A DNA stretch of 32,000 nucleotides from Candidatus Poseidoniaceae archaeon (GCA_943789275.1 CALSTM010000001.1:240001-272000), one strand, 5' to 3'. Shown: positions 15,397-25,139, counted from the stretch's first letter. Notes: a model not told the origin generated them from the sequence alone. Made by a program: numbers and translations.

Positions 15397-16803
15397 ATGA
15401 CGGATGATGCACAAGAGATTATTGGAGATTATAAATACGGGTTCCACGACCCCGAAAACTCGACCATTCGCTTCGACAAGGGACTTTCAGAACAGGTAGT
15501 CCGAGACATATCTGAACTCAAGAACGAGCCAGAATGGATGACCGAACTTCGCGTCAAAGCCTATCATCACTTTGTAGAACGAGTCATGCCCGAATGGGGT
15601 AACTGCTCACTCCTCGACTCCATTGATTTCGAAAGTATCACTTACTTTTTGCGCTCTTCAAACAAAACGGAAAAATCATGGGACGATGTTCCTGATGACA
15701 TCAAGAACACGTTCGATCGACTCGGAATTCCTGAAGCCGAACAAAAATGGCTCGGTGGCGTAACCGCACAATACGAATCTGAAGCAGTTTACCATTCAAT
15801 TCGCGAAGACCTCGAAGAACAGGGCGTCATCTTCCTCGATATGGATTCAGGTCTCAAGGAATACCCTGAAATCGTCAAGAAATACTTCGGGACGGTTATT
15901 CCACACAGCGATAATAAATTCTCTGCCTTGAATACTGCAGTTTGGTCAGGTGGCTCGTTCCTCTACATTCCAAAGGGTGTTCATGTGGAAATGCCCGTGC
16001 AGGCTTATTTCCGCATCAATGCCAAGAACATGGGTCAGTTTGAACGTACGCTCATTATTGCAGACGAAGGCAGTTCTGTGCACTACGTAGAAGGATGTAC
16101 TGCTCCGAGTTATTCAACCGACTCACTTCACTCAGCGGTTGTCGAACTCATCGCGATGGATGGGGCGAAGATTCGTTATTCGACGGTTCAAAACTGGTCA
16201 AGTAACGTTTACAATCTCGTGACAAAGCGGGCTGTTGCTCACCGAAATGCTACCGTAGAGTGGGTTGACGGAAACATTGGATCGAAATTGACGATGAAGT
16301 ATCCATCCGTCCTCCTCAAGGGCGAAGGTGCTCACGCCGAAGTCATTTCTGTGGCCTATGCAGGTAAGGGTCAACACCAGGATACAGGAGCTAAGGTTCA
16401 TCATTTGGCATCCAACACAACCTCGAATATCCTTTCCAAGTCGATATCCAAAGACGGCGGCCGCTCATCGTACCGTGGTCTTCTTCAAGTCTCTCCAAAA
16501 TCGACCGGATGCCGTTCGAAAGTGGTTTGTGATGCGCTGATATTGGATTCCGACTCACGTTCAGATACTTACCCAACCATGGAAATAGGAAACTCAACAT
16601 CGGACCTTGAACATGAAGCAAGCGTTTCGAAGGTGTCCAACGACCAGTTGTTTTACTTGATGAGCCGAGGGTTCAGCGAAGAAGATGCAATGGGATTGAT
16701 TGTTAACGGATTCTTTGAACCGTTCACTCGTGAACTTCCTATGGAATATGCGGTGGAATTGAACAAGTTACTCGAACTGGAAATGGAGGGTTCCATTGGA
16801 TGA
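15397..16803 (+). CDS. sufB: Fe-S cluster assembly scaffold SufB
   Basis: 468 aa. 'DYKYGFHD', '[23 protein letters not shown]', '[24 protein letters not shown]' are typical of SufB. Confidence 0.93.
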   Translation: MTDDAQEIIGDYKYGFHDPENSTIRFDKGLSEQVVRDISELKNEPEWMTELRVKAYHHFVERVMPEWGNCSLLDSIDFESITYFLRSSNKTEKSWDDVPDDIKNTFDRLGIPEAEQKWLGGVTAQYESEAVYHSIREDLEEQGVIFLDMDSGLKEYPEIVKKYFGTVIPHSDNKFSALNTAVWSGGSFLYIPKGVHVEMPVQAYFRINAKNMGQFERTLIIADEGSSVHYVEGCTAPSYSTDSLHSAVVELIAMDGAKIRYSTVQNWSSNVYNLVTKRAVAHRNATVEWVDGNIGSKLTMKYPSVLLKGEGAHAEVISVAYAGKGQHQDTGAKVHHLASNTTSNILSKSISKDGGRSSYRGLLQVSPKSTGCRSKVVCDALILDSDSRSDTYPTMEIGNSTSDLEHEASVSKVSNDQLFYLMSRGFSEEDAMGLIVNGFFEPFTRELPMEYAVELNKLLELEMEGSIG

Positions 16804-17840
16804 TGTACCATCAAATGCCAATTCCCCCCCGTTCTGAACATCTTTGGCGATACACACCCTGGCCTCGGATTCACCCCACTAAACCCGATGATGTACCAAC
16901 CGCCGACGATGTGGTTTTTTCCAACGATGGACCGCAAGTTCTCTCTTCCACAGAGCATTCTCAAAACACACAGGGCGACATAGCACGAGCCTTTTTGCAA
17001 GCCGCAGGAGGCTCGTCCTCACACATGTCCCTCAACGATGAGTCCGAGCCAGTACACATCAACGCCAGGGCCTCAGGGCATGTTGCCGTTGGTCACCTTC
17101 ACCTTGATGTGAAAGGCTCAGCAGTTGTCTTCCTCCATATTTCAGGAGAGCCGGAATGGGTCGGCCTCCACATCACGGGGACACTGCATGCAAATGCACA
17201 CCTTGCGTTTGGCTTCATCAATGAACTGGACTCGAATACGAAGTTTCTACGATGCGAGGATTGGCAACTGGCCCGAGATTCCTCACTTGAACATGCAACT
17301 CTTTCGGTTGGAGGTTTCCGCTGCAAATCCGACGTTCGAACCTCACTTAACGGTACGGGCTCTTCAGTCCGCCAATCCATCACCGTCAACGCAGATGGCT
17401 CCCGACACGATGACGAACACGTCGAGATTCACCATCATCACGGACATACCCAGTCTGATTTGGTCATGAACTCAGCTTGCGGTGGAAACAGCCACTTCAT
17501 CGGAACTGGTCTGCTCACGATTGCGGAGGGCGCCAATAAGTCCAATGCATCTCAGGTGTTCCGTAATTTACTCCTTTCACAAAAAGCTCGAGCAGAAGCA
17601 ATTCCCGAATTGGAAGTGCTTGCAGATGATGTTTCTGCAGCACACGGTGCAGCAAGTGCGCCTATTGACGGCAATCAACTTCATTACCTCATGTCCCGAG
17701 GCTTGAGTCCTGAAGAAGCAGAGTCCGTCATCGTCAACGGGTTTCTCTACGATGCGTTCTCGAATCTCACCAACAAACAGTTGCTTGAAGAAATGCGCAC
17801 CCGATTAACCGTGCACTTAGAATGTGAACTCAAAAGGTGA
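16800..17840 (+). CDS. sufD: Fe-S cluster assembly protein SufD
   Basis: 346 aa, overlapping sufB by 4 nt. The C-terminal '[24 protein letters not shown]' is paralogous to SufB. Its position between sufB and sufS also fits. Confidence 0.85.
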   Translation: MMYHQMPIPPRSEHLWRYTPWPRIHPTKPDDVPTADDVVFSNDGPQVLSSTEHSQNTQGDIARAFLQAAGGSSSHMSLNDESEPVHINARASGHVAVGHLHLDVKGSAVVFLHISGEPEWVGLHITGTLHANAHLAFGFINELDSNTKFLRCEDWQLARDSSLEHATLSVGGFRCKSDVRTSLNGTGSSVRQSITVNADGSRHDDEHVEIHHHHGHTQSDLVMNSACGGNSHFIGTGLLTIAEGANKSNASQVFRNLLLSQKARAEAIPELEVLADDVSAAHGAASAPIDGNQLHYLMSRGLSPEEAESVIVNGFLYDAFSNLTNKQLLEEMRTRLTVHLECELKR

Positions 17841-19039
17841 TACTCTTGGCTCTACGTGATGATTTTCCAATTCTGAAAAGAGAGGTCAACGGCTATCCGC
17901 TGATTTATTTGGACAATGCTGCCACGACTCAGAAACCTCAAGTGGTGTTGGATGCCATGAACGAGTATTACACCTCCTCCAATTCGAATGTGCATCGAGC
18001 GGTACACACTCTTGCTGGTGAGGCGACTGAAGGCTACGAAGCATGTCGGACCCAACTGAAGGAATGGTTCAACGCTGAACGTGCGGTCATCACCAGTGGT
18101 ACGACCGAAGCAATCAATTTGGTAGCGCATGCTTGGGGCCGAGCAAATTTGAGCGAAGGTGATGCTATTGTGCTTACTGAAATGGAACACCACTCCGATA
18201 TTGTCCCTTGGCAAATGCTCGCTGAAGAGCGTGGAATTGAATTGCGATATGTACCTGTAATGGAGGATTTCACACTCGACATGGAAGTGTATGCTGCGTC
18301 GCTAACAAATGCTAAATTGGTTTGTGTTGTTCACACATCAAACGTGCTTGGAGTTCGTAATCCGCTTGAAGAAATCACCAAGCTCGCACATGAACACGGC
18401 GCTTTGGTTTTGATTGACGCTGCACAAGGAGTTCCGCACGAACGAATTGATTTCAAAGACTCAAAAGCCGATTTCATGGCTTTTTCGGCCCACAAAATGT
18501 GTGGCCCTACGGGAATTGGTGCACTTTTAATCCAACCAGAAGTTTTCCAAACCATGCAACCCTTCATGGGTGGTGGAGACATGATTGAAACGGTAACGGT
18601 GAACGGTTCTACTTTCCAAACCAATGAACACAAATTTGAGGCGGGAACACCACGGATTGCTGAAGCGGTTGGTTGGTGTGCTGCGTTTGATTGGATGTCA
18701 TCACTCGACCTTCGCGAGGAACATCAACGCCTCGTTGGAATTGCACGCTGGGTTGCTGAACAGTTACGCGCTATGGACATCTCTGTTTATGGGCGTCACG
18801 AGGCAGGCGACAGTGCAGTTGTTTCGTTTCTTCACCCAACCATTCAGAGTGAAGATTTGGCCCATTTACTCGATGCTCGGGGTATTGCCGTGAGAACGGG
18901 TCATCATTGCGCTCAACCTCTTCTCCATCGCCTTGGTATCTCGGGAACCGTGCGTGCCTCATTCTATCTCTACAATACAATGGAAGAGGCAGAACTCTTC
19001 ATCGAACAGATGAAGTATATTTCGGGGAGATTTGGATGA
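17837..19039 (+). CDS. sufS: cysteine desulfurase SufS (type II)
   Basis: 400 aa, GTG start overlapping the sufD stop (GTGA). 'IYLDNAATTQKP', PLP-lysine context 'FSAHKMCGPTG', active-site 'RTGHHCAQPL'. Confidence 0.92.
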   Translation: MILLALRDDFPILKREVNGYPLIYLDNAATTQKPQVVLDAMNEYYTSSNSNVHRAVHTLAGEATEGYEACRTQLKEWFNAERAVITSGTTEAINLVAHAWGRANLSEGDAIVLTEMEHHSDIVPWQMLAEERGIELRYVPVMEDFTLDMEVYAASLTNAKLVCVVHTSNVLGVRNPLEEITKLAHEHGALVLIDAAQGVPHERIDFKDSKADFMAFSAHKMCGPTGIGALLIQPEVFQTMQPFMGGGDMIETVTVNGSTFQTNEHKFEAGTPRIAEAVGWCAAFDWMSSLDLREEHQRLVGIARWVAEQLRAMDISVYGRHEAGDSAVVSFLHPTIQSEDLAHLLDARGIAVRTGHHCAQPLLHRLGISGTVRASFYLYNTMEEAELFIEQMKYISGRFG

Positions 19040-19446
19040 CATATCCGGCAGACCTCGCTGAATTGATTGAAGAGTTCCAAGAGGTTGAAGACAAAATGGA
19101 ACGCCTTGAGATGGTGTTTGATATGGCTGATGAAGTCATCCCCTTCCCCCCAGAACAATGGACTGCCATTTCGAAGGTCCAAGGCTGTCAATCTGAAGCC
19201 CATGTCAAAGTTGAACTTCAAGACGGTAAAGTCCTCCTCCTTTCAGGCGCTGATGCCAAACTGGTTCAAGGCCTAATGGGCATTTTGTCCATTGCTATCA
19301 ACGGTAGTGCGCCTGCCCAAGCGCTTCTTCTCTCTCCTGATTTTGCTGAAGAGATGGGTATTCTCAATTCGCTTTCTCCGAGCCGTTCCAACGGATTTCG
19401 AAACATGTTCGATAAGGTTATGAGGGAAATTCGAGTTCTTGAATGA
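19036..19446 (+). CDS. sufE: sulfur acceptor SufE
   Basis: 136 aa from the ATG at 19036, which overlaps the sufS stop (ATGA); the track extension to 18907 lies inside sufS. 'KVQGCQSEAHV' is the conserved Cys motif. Confidence 0.88.
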   Translation: MTYPADLAELIEEFQEVEDKMERLEMVFDMADEVIPFPPEQWTAISKVQGCQSEAHVKVELQDGKVLLLSGADAKLVQGLMGILSIAINGSAPAQALLLSPDFAEEMGILNSLSPSRSNGFRNMFDKVMREIRVLE

Positions 19447-19455
19447 GGTGATTGT

Positions 19456-19773
19456 ATGGTTGAAAAGCAAGATGTTATGACGCAACTGGATGAAGTTGAA
19501 GACCCCGAATTGGAACTCTCAATCGTTGAATTAGGTCTTGTCTATGATGTTCGGTTTGAAGAAAAGTCTGAGGGCCTTCATGCTGAAGTTGATCTCACAT
19601 TAACATCTCCCGGCTGTCCTGCAGCACCTGAAATCATGGCGGCAGCCCACCGTGCTGCATTGCAAACCGAGGGTCTTGATTCTGTGCACATCAATTTAGT
19701 TTGGTCTCCAAGATGGGACCCAAAAATCCACGCAACTGAAGACGCCCGAATGGATATGGGCATCTGGGATTAA
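19456..19773 (+). CDS. DUF59/MIP18-family Fe-S assembly protein (SufT-like)
   Basis: 105 aa. 'VEDPELELSIVELGLVYDV' and 'LTLTSPGCPAAPEI' are DUF59 hallmarks. GAGGTGA lies upstream of the ATG. Confidence 0.85.
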   Translation: MVEKQDVMTQLDEVEDPELELSIVELGLVYDVRFEEKSEGLHAEVDLTLTSPGCPAAPEIMAAAHRAALQTEGLDSVHINLVWSPRWDPKIHATEDARMDMGIWD

Positions 19774-20889
19774 TCATCGCCGAACAACGATGGTTACTAA
19801 ATCACCGTCTTTGAGCAAGTGGTCCAAGCCAACACGCTGCCAATCGAACTTCGCACTTGGTCCTTTAACTCGGGCATACCGGAACTTTCGAACGAAATCA
19901 CGGTGGAGTTTGTTGCAGATGTGTTGGACGGTCGAGTCGTCCTTGACAATGAGCGGCTCTTCCATGTCAGCCTCTTGGCCTTGTGGTTTGAGAAAGACCC
20001 GCATGAAGCCAAGGTTGTCATAGATGAAATCCTTTAATTCCTCCAATCCAATATCCTTGAATGCAGAAATCCGCATTACAGGCCAGTTTTCTGGCAGGGA
20101 CTTACGAGAGCGAACGAGGTCTTCTTCCGTGGCAATGTCTATTTTATTGATCGCAATGACCGCCTTTTCGTAGATTCTATTTTCAGCAAGACAATCCACA
20201 ATCTGCTCAGCAGTCGTGTCGTTACGAAGTGTGACAATAGCGGATGTGTAGCCGAATGAACGAATAATTTCGCTCATTTCTTCGTGCGAGAGGTGCGTCT
20301 GTTCAACAGTGGTTCGGACATCAATGCCTCCACGTTCAGTTCGCTTGATGAACACTGGAGGCTTGGTTTCATTGAGTCTTAATCCAGCATTGTGCAATTC
20401 TCTGTGAAGGACATTAAAGTGAGCATCTTGGAACGGGTCAACAATGTACAAGACCATGTCTGCACTGCGAATGACGTTGAGAATCTCACGACCTCTACCC
20501 TTTCCTTCTGCCGCTCCCTTGATGAGTCCCGGCAAATCTAAAATCTGAATTTTTGCACCACGGTGTTCCATGACACCAGGGATACAGGTGAGGGTAGTAA
20601 AGGCGTATCCTGCAACTTCGGAGTGAGCATCAGTTACTTTGGAGATGAGCGTAGATTTCCCCACGGATGGAAAGCCAACCAAAGCAACGGTAGCATCACC
20701 GGATTTCTTGACTTCGAAACCTTTGCCTCCACCGCTGGCTTTCGAGTGTGCATGCGCTTTCTCTTCCTTAATTTTTAATTGCGCTATCTTGGCCTTGAGT
20801 TTACCAATGTGAGCGTTTGTGGCCTTGTTCTTTTGTGTCTTGTCAATCTCGACGCGGATCAGTTCGATCTGCTCCTTGATTGTCGCCAT
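19774..20889 (-). CDS. DRG-family (Obg-like) GTPase with C-terminal TGS domain
   Basis: 371 aa from the ATG at 20889 (the track start at 20979 adds an unlikely basic extension). G1 GFPSVGKST, G3 DLPG, G4 NKID, and a TGS-like 'LKDGDLVTIV' end. The stop codon directly abuts the stop of the convergent DUF59 gene. Confidence 0.9.
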   Translation of the reverse strand: MATIKEQIELIRVEIDKTQKNKATNAHIGKLKAKIAQLKIKEEKAHAHSKASGGGKGFEVKKSGDATVALVGFPSVGKSTLISKVTDAHSEVAGYAFTTLTCIPGVMEHRGAKIQILDLPGLIKGAAEGKGRGREILNVIRSADMVLYIVDPFQDAHFNVLHRELHNAGLRLNETKPPVFIKRTERGGIDVRTTVEQTHLSHEEMSEIIRSFGYTSAIVTLRNDTTAEQIVDCLAENRIYEKAVIAINKIDIATEEDLVRSRKSLPENWPVMRISAFKDIGLEELKDFIYDNLGFMRVFLKPQGQEADMEEPLIVKDDSTVQHICNKLHRDFVRKFRYARVKGPSAKFDWQRVGLDHLLKDGDLVTIVVRR

Positions 20890-21019
20890 AACAAAGCCTC
20901 TGTTTCCATCGGAGCAACCGTTCTTCTTGAATGCTCTTCTCTGCCCTCGGTGGAAAATGCGTTTCAATCCTTTCACCATCAGCCGATGACATCAAACGAG
21001 ACGGCGTTTTGGAATCGCC

Positions 21020-21739
21020 ATGGGCATCGAACTGGTTCTGTTGCTGGTCGACAAAACTGCCCTTGAGCATTTGCTGCAAAAAACATGGAATCAACTCTAT
21101 CAGGGCATGGACCGAGGTGATTTTCGAGACGCACGACCAGCGCATGACAAACGGCTAAAACGGTCGTTTGACATTGACTGTGAAGCGGAGATTCTTGATT
21201 GGATGGACAGCATGGATACGCAAAGTGAATCGACCGTTCTCAACGTTCTCAAAGGACTGGATGAAGGGAGTCAAGGCCTACTTCACCTCATGAACTGGTC
21301 AAGTCCAGGCGCATGGGAAGTTTGGGAGGGTAGAGCTTTCCTCTATCTTGACGTAGCACTCAATCGAGTCATTGAAAGCAGTGATGACCTGTATTCTGAA
21401 TCAACATGGGACGACGTTCGGACTCGACTCAACGGCATTCCCGAAGACGAGTTTGCTGAATCGGTTTGCATGGATTGGATGGAACGGCGAAAACAACTCG
21501 GTGAGACATTGGACGAAAAGGAGGACCCCAAAATCGTCCCGACGTACGAAGCACATGACCGAGCAACCCGATTGTTGATTCATGCGCTCTCAGTTTTGAG
21601 TACAACACCTGATTTGGTTGGCATACTTGGGCGTGAACATCTCAAAGCCGACCTGTGGGGTCACGGTCGTTGGAATCTTCGACACTTCCTAACTGATGAG
21701 TCGTGGGGTTCAAAGACCACTTCGCAGACGCGTAGTTAA
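21020..21739 (+). CDS. hypothetical acidic Trp-rich protein
   Basis: 239-aa ORF with no recognisable motif. The stop TAA shares one base with the grpE ATG (TAATG at 21737-21741). The start is uncertain; an internal Met lies at 'MDRGDF'. Confidence 0.6.
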   Translation: MGIELVLLLVDKTALEHLLQKTWNQLYQGMDRGDFRDARPAHDKRLKRSFDIDCEAEILDWMDSMDTQSESTVLNVLKGLDEGSQGLLHLMNWSSPGAWEVWEGRAFLYLDVALNRVIESSDDLYSESTWDDVRTRLNGIPEDEFAESVCMDWMERRKQLGETLDEKEDPKIVPTYEAHDRATRLLIHALSVLSTTPDLVGILGREHLKADLWGHGRWNLRHFLTDESWGSKTTSQTRS

Positions 21740-22317
21740 TGAGCGACGATACTCCTCCTGTTGAGCCGGATGAATCCGAACCAGATGCAGATGACACAGT
21801 CCCCATTCTTGAGGAAGGAATGGAAACCATCGACTTGGCCGATACGATCGAAGTCGAGGTAGTTGACCCACTTGAAGAAGCGACACTTCGGGCGGAAAAG
21901 GCTGAGAAAGAAATTGCTTACAAGGATGCTGAAATTCAAAATGTCCGCAAACGCCTTATGGCTGAAAAAGCAGAATTGATTCAATACAGCGGCATGGGGC
22001 TTGCTCGAAGAATGCTCACTGTACTGGGAGACGTTGACCGGGCTCTTGCCAATTTGGATGCGGAGGATACTTCTGCGGTGGCCCAAGGTCTACGCTTACT
22101 GCGAAACAAAATGTGGCATGAACTTGCTGCAGATGGGGTTGTGGCCATAGAGGCCAAAGATCAATCCTTTGATCCTGCGAAAATGGATGCCATCACCACG
22201 ATTCCAGCGTCAGACGCCTTCCCAGCGGGCAAGGTCGTTGATGTCCTTGAAGCCGGATACATGTACAAACAACGGGTTCTGACGGCTGCGAGAGTTGTCG
22301 TCGCGTCTGATGAATAA
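21739..22317 (+). CDS. grpE: nucleotide exchange factor GrpE
   Basis: 192 aa. Acidic N-terminus, a coiled-coil 'YKDAEIQNVRKRLMAEK', and a C-terminal 'FDPAKMDAITTIP...VVDVLEAGYMYKQRVLTAARVVV' typical of GrpE. Confidence 0.88.
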   Translation: MSDDTPPVEPDESEPDADDTVPILEEGMETIDLADTIEVEVVDPLEEATLRAEKAEKEIAYKDAEIQNVRKRLMAEKAELIQYSGMGLARRMLTVLGDVDRALANLDAEDTSAVAQGLRLLRNKMWHELAADGVVAIEAKDQSFDPAKMDAITTIPASDAFPAGKVVDVLEAGYMYKQRVLTAARVVVASDE

Positions 22318-22356
22318 CGGCGCAAGGTTCTTGATTCGGCATGTTCTGTGCGTGAC

Positions 22357-22602
22357 ATGAAGAAACTCGCAGGTAAAGTAGCAGGCAAGGCCGGTAAGGT
22401 CGCAAAGGATGCTGCCAAGTCGGCAACAGATAGTGCAAAGCGGCACGTCATTGATGAGGTAACTCGGCCGATTAAAGATAAGGCGAAGGAAAAGATATCA
22501 GAGGCTGCAGATGGGTTGAAAGCGAAGGCTCAAGAAAAAATTCAAGCAGCAGCCAAAGAGCAAATGAAGAAGGAAGTCAAGAAGAAGCTCTTTCGAAAGT
22601 AA
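22357..22602 (+). CDS. small Lys/Ala-rich low-complexity protein (LEA-like or H1-like; function unknown)
   Basis: 81 aa from the ATG at 22357 (the track GTG at 22348 adds 3 aa). 'KKLAGKVAGKAGKVAKDAAKSA...KDKAKEKISEAADGLKAKAQEKIQAAAKEQMKKEVKKK'. Coding status rests on ORF length and a clean fit between flanking genes. Confidence 0.5.
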   Translation: MKKLAGKVAGKAGKVAKDAAKSATDSAKRHVIDEVTRPIKDKAKEKISEAADGLKAKAQEKIQAAAKEQMKKEVKKKLFRK

Positions 22603-23154
22603 TCATCCAGCATAAACGCCAGTCTCAAACGTCGATAAACGAAACAACGCATCGTTCTCGATGAGCCACTCAATGACCGGTTGAGGAATACTGGCCTTGA
22701 GCACTTCACGAACCGCATCGTCATCATACACTGTTGACAGCATCTTTGCAGTTTGGCGTACTCGCCACCCTTCAAGCCGTTCTCGCTCATTCATTTCGAC
22801 ATCTTTAACCTCGAATTGCGCCTCTTTGTACAAGTTTGAAGTTGCTGTATCCGTGGTCACTAACGTTCCAATCCCGTGGGTTTTGCTCGCATGGCTGACC
22901 CAATTCGGAGGGTCATTGATGTCGTCAATAGCAACAATACTGCAGACGACTTCTTCCGCATCGGCCCACGCTTGAATCATAGCTTGGCGTTCTATTGCAG
23001 TCCACGGGTTATCCGGCTCCCATTCCGCTTGTTTGGAACCGATTGCCAGCACCAATTCATCGCCACTGGATAACATTCCATGTGCTGATTTCACCAAATG
23101 GGCATGACCCATGTGAAAGGGCTGGAAACGTCCAAGTACGATGTATTTGGTCAT
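22603..23154 (-). CDS. nadM: nicotinamide-nucleotide adenylyltransferase (archaeal type)
   Basis: 183 aa. 'GRFQPFHMGHAHLV' is the (H/T)xGH nucleotidyltransferase motif in the archaeal NMNAT context. The stop abuts the stop of the convergent small ORF. Confidence 0.88.
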   Translation of the reverse strand: MTKYIVLGRFQPFHMGHAHLVKSAHGMLSSGDELVLAIGSKQAEWEPDNPWTAIERQAMIQAWADAEEVVCSIVAIDDINDPPNWVSHASKTHGIGTLVTTDTATSNLYKEAQFEVKDVEMNERERLEGWRVRQTAKMLSTVYDDDAVREVLKASIPQPVIEWLIENDALFRLSTFETGVYAG

Positions 23155-23163
23155 TTAGATACC

Positions 23164-24348
23164 TCAAACGAAATACGATTCAACATCGAGTTGCGGTAAT
23201 TCATGGCCGAACGTAGCAAAGCAATCGATCATTCGCTTGCAGCCCTCAATCATTTCTGGAATCGGTGTCTCACCCATCGAGCCGATGCGGAACATCTTAC
23301 CTTTGAGGTGGTCTTGAGCCCCAATGACTTGTGTATTGAAATCGTCTTTGAGTCGGGTTCTCCATTCATCATTGATGCCTTCTGGATACAGAATTGCCGT
23401 CACGGTGTCGCTTCGTTGTTCAGCATCAGCCAGCAACTCGAATCCCAGGTCGATGAACAAATTCCTTACCCCATTCGCCATCGTTTGGCATCGATTCCAA
23501 CGGCCCTCATTTGTCTCTTTTCGAAGTACTTCGAGTGCTGCACCCCAGCCCATTGCGAGGTTGATGGCAGGAGTCCACGGCGTTTGGTCGTCATCCCCTT
23601 TTTTGAGCGCCGCAATCATGTCAAAGTAGTAATTCGGGTTTGAATCGCCCTGTTCACGTATCGCATGTACACGTTCAATGAAGTGGGAGTTGATGGCAAC
23701 TGCAGCAATTCCTGAAGGCCCGGCTGTGCATTTTTGAGCACCGACAACGACGGCTTCTGCATTCCATTGTGTGGGATGAACTGCAGTCCCCCCGACCGAT
23801 GTGATTCCGTCAAGAATAAACGAAGTTTTGTGCCGTTGACACATTTCAGCGATTGCAGCAGCATCTTGAGTGATTCCAGTACTCGTTTCATTATGGCATA
23901 TGAGCAGAGATTCGTAGCACCCTCGTTCCAGTTGTTGTTCAAGTTCATACAGGTCAAATGCTCGTCCCCATTCGTATTTGAGGTGCTTGACGTTGCAGAA
24001 ACGCTTGCACATCTCAGCAACCCGTTCTCCGAATTTGCCGTTGGTCGGTACCAGCACCAAATCGTTGCTTCGGAAGCGGTTCGCAATAACCATCTCCATG
24101 GCGGCTGTCCCACTGCCAGATACGACGACGACCTTGTAATCATCATCTCCTGCCCAAGACTGGACGCCTCGTATCGGTTCAGACGGTGCGAGATTGAACG
24201 CATGTCGCAATCCCGAGTTCAGGTATGCCATGACGTCTCGAAACTCCGCCCCTCGGGCAGTCATTACCGGTGTTGCAAGCGCTTGAAGGCATTCGTCTCC
24301 CATTCGAACGGGTCCGGGTACGAGGAAACAATCATCATTGCTGTCCAT
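23164..24348 (-). CDS. class V PLP-dependent aminotransferase (serine-pyruvate / alanine-glyoxylate type)
   Basis: 394 aa. 'VVSGSGTAAMEMVIAN', 'ICHNETSTG', PLP-lysine context 'VGAQKCTAGPSG', 'FRIGSMGE'. Confidence 0.85.
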   Translation of the reverse strand: MDSNDDCFLVPGPVRMGDECLQALATPVMTARGAEFRDVMAYLNSGLRHAFNLAPSEPIRGVQSWAGDDDYKVVVVSGSGTAAMEMVIANRFRSNDLVLVPTNGKFGERVAEMCKRFCNVKHLKYEWGRAFDLYELEQQLERGCYESLLICHNETSTGITQDAAAIAEMCQRHKTSFILDGITSVGGTAVHPTQWNAEAVVVGAQKCTAGPSGIAAVAINSHFIERVHAIREQGDSNPNYYFDMIAALKKGDDDQTPWTPAINLAMGWGAALEVLRKETNEGRWNRCQTMANGVRNLFIDLGFELLADAEQRSDTVTAILYPEGINDEWRTRLKDDFNTQVIGAQDHLKGKMFRIGSMGETPIPEMIEGCKRMIDCFATFGHELPQLDVESYFV

Positions 24349-24464
24349 GCGTTGTGCAACCGTTGGAGGCTTTTCAATTCCGTGGGTGGCTCATCTGGTT
24401 GCATGGCGTTCTTTCATCCACTTTGGGTCGTTGAACTCTTAGGGAAGGGCTTCTACCCAAAGCC

Positions 24465-25139
24465 ATGGTGAGGGTCGGTCTGGCGATGCTTCAAGGTGCG
24501 CGATATGAGCACGCTGAAGCGTTGAGAGCGGCCTCTCAACAACTCGGAATAGAAGTTGAAGTGATTCACCTCAAGATGGGGAAGCAGGTTGATTCTCATC
24601 TCGATTGCCTGGTCTTGCCAGGTGGTGAATCAACCGCTATGAGGAAAGCCAGCGAAAGTGAATCCCTTCTTGGTGCCATTTACGCTTGGATGGATGAGTA
24701 TCCACTTCGTCCGGTACTCGGGACTTGTGCTGGTGCAATTTTACTGGCGCAACCCGATTCGGCATACGAGCCGTTTATCAGAACTGGAATAGCGCGAAAT
24801 GCTTGGGGGCGTCAGCGTGATTCGTTTGAAGCCATGCTCGAGGTTAATCTTGAAGTTCCTGACGGTAAGGATGTGGAGGCGAGTGCAGATGAACGTAACC
24901 AATTCAACCATCAGCCTCTTCCGGTTCAGGCTGCCGGTTCTGAATCGTCCACAGAACATTTCCACGGCGTCTTCATTCGTGCTCCAAGGTTTGACCAATC
25001 CACCATCGAATGCAACCAAGTGGTTCACCTCGGAAAAGAAGCAGTCGGTGTTCTTGATGGCTCTCGTTTGGCTTTGACGTTTCACCCAGAACTGACAGGA
25101 GATTACCGCTTTCATCGTTGGCTTCTCCATCGAGCATGA
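24465..25139 (+). CDS. pdxT: pyridoxal 5'-phosphate synthase glutaminase subunit PdxT (with ~30-aa insertion)
   Basis: 224 aa. 'LQGARYEHAEAL', 'LPGGESTAMRK', catalytic 'GTCAGAILLA', 'RNAWGRQRDSFEA', 'GVFIRAP', 'FHPELT'. Confidence 0.88.
   Translation: MVRVGLAMLQGARYEHAEALRAASQQLGIEVEVIHLKMGKQVDSHLDCLVLPGGESTAMRKASESESLLGAIYAWMDEYPLRPVLGTCAGAILLAQPDSAYEPFIRTGIARNAWGRQRDSFEAMLEVNLEVPDGKDVEASADERNQFNHQPLPVQAAGSESSTEHFHGVFIRAPRFDQSTIECNQVVHLGKEAVGVLDGSRLALTFHPELTGDYRFHRWLLHRA

Noticed and set aside
18907-19035. 5' extension of the sufE ORF (and similarly 20890-20979 for the DRG GTPase, 25118-25135 for the radical SAM gene)
   Set aside because: The sufE and radical SAM extensions lie inside the preceding gene. 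The DRG extension lies in the upstream divergent intergenic region and only adds an unlikely basic peptide. All three extensions add non-homologous residues before canonical N-termini that begin at in-frame ATGs, which for sufE and the radical SAM gene also overlap the upstream stop codon.
23734-24471. 245-aa plus-strand ORF antisense to the class V aminotransferase (and the 23616-24203 alternative minus frame)
   Set aside because: It is fully nested in a gene with clear PLP-enzyme motifs and has no motifs of its own. Its end would also run into the pdxT start. Treated as a shadow ORF.
24465-25139. PdxT as a decaying pseudogene because pdxS is absent from the window
   Set aside because: The reading frame is intact and the Cys-His-Glu triad contexts are preserved. 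pdxS and pdxT are often unlinked in archaea.
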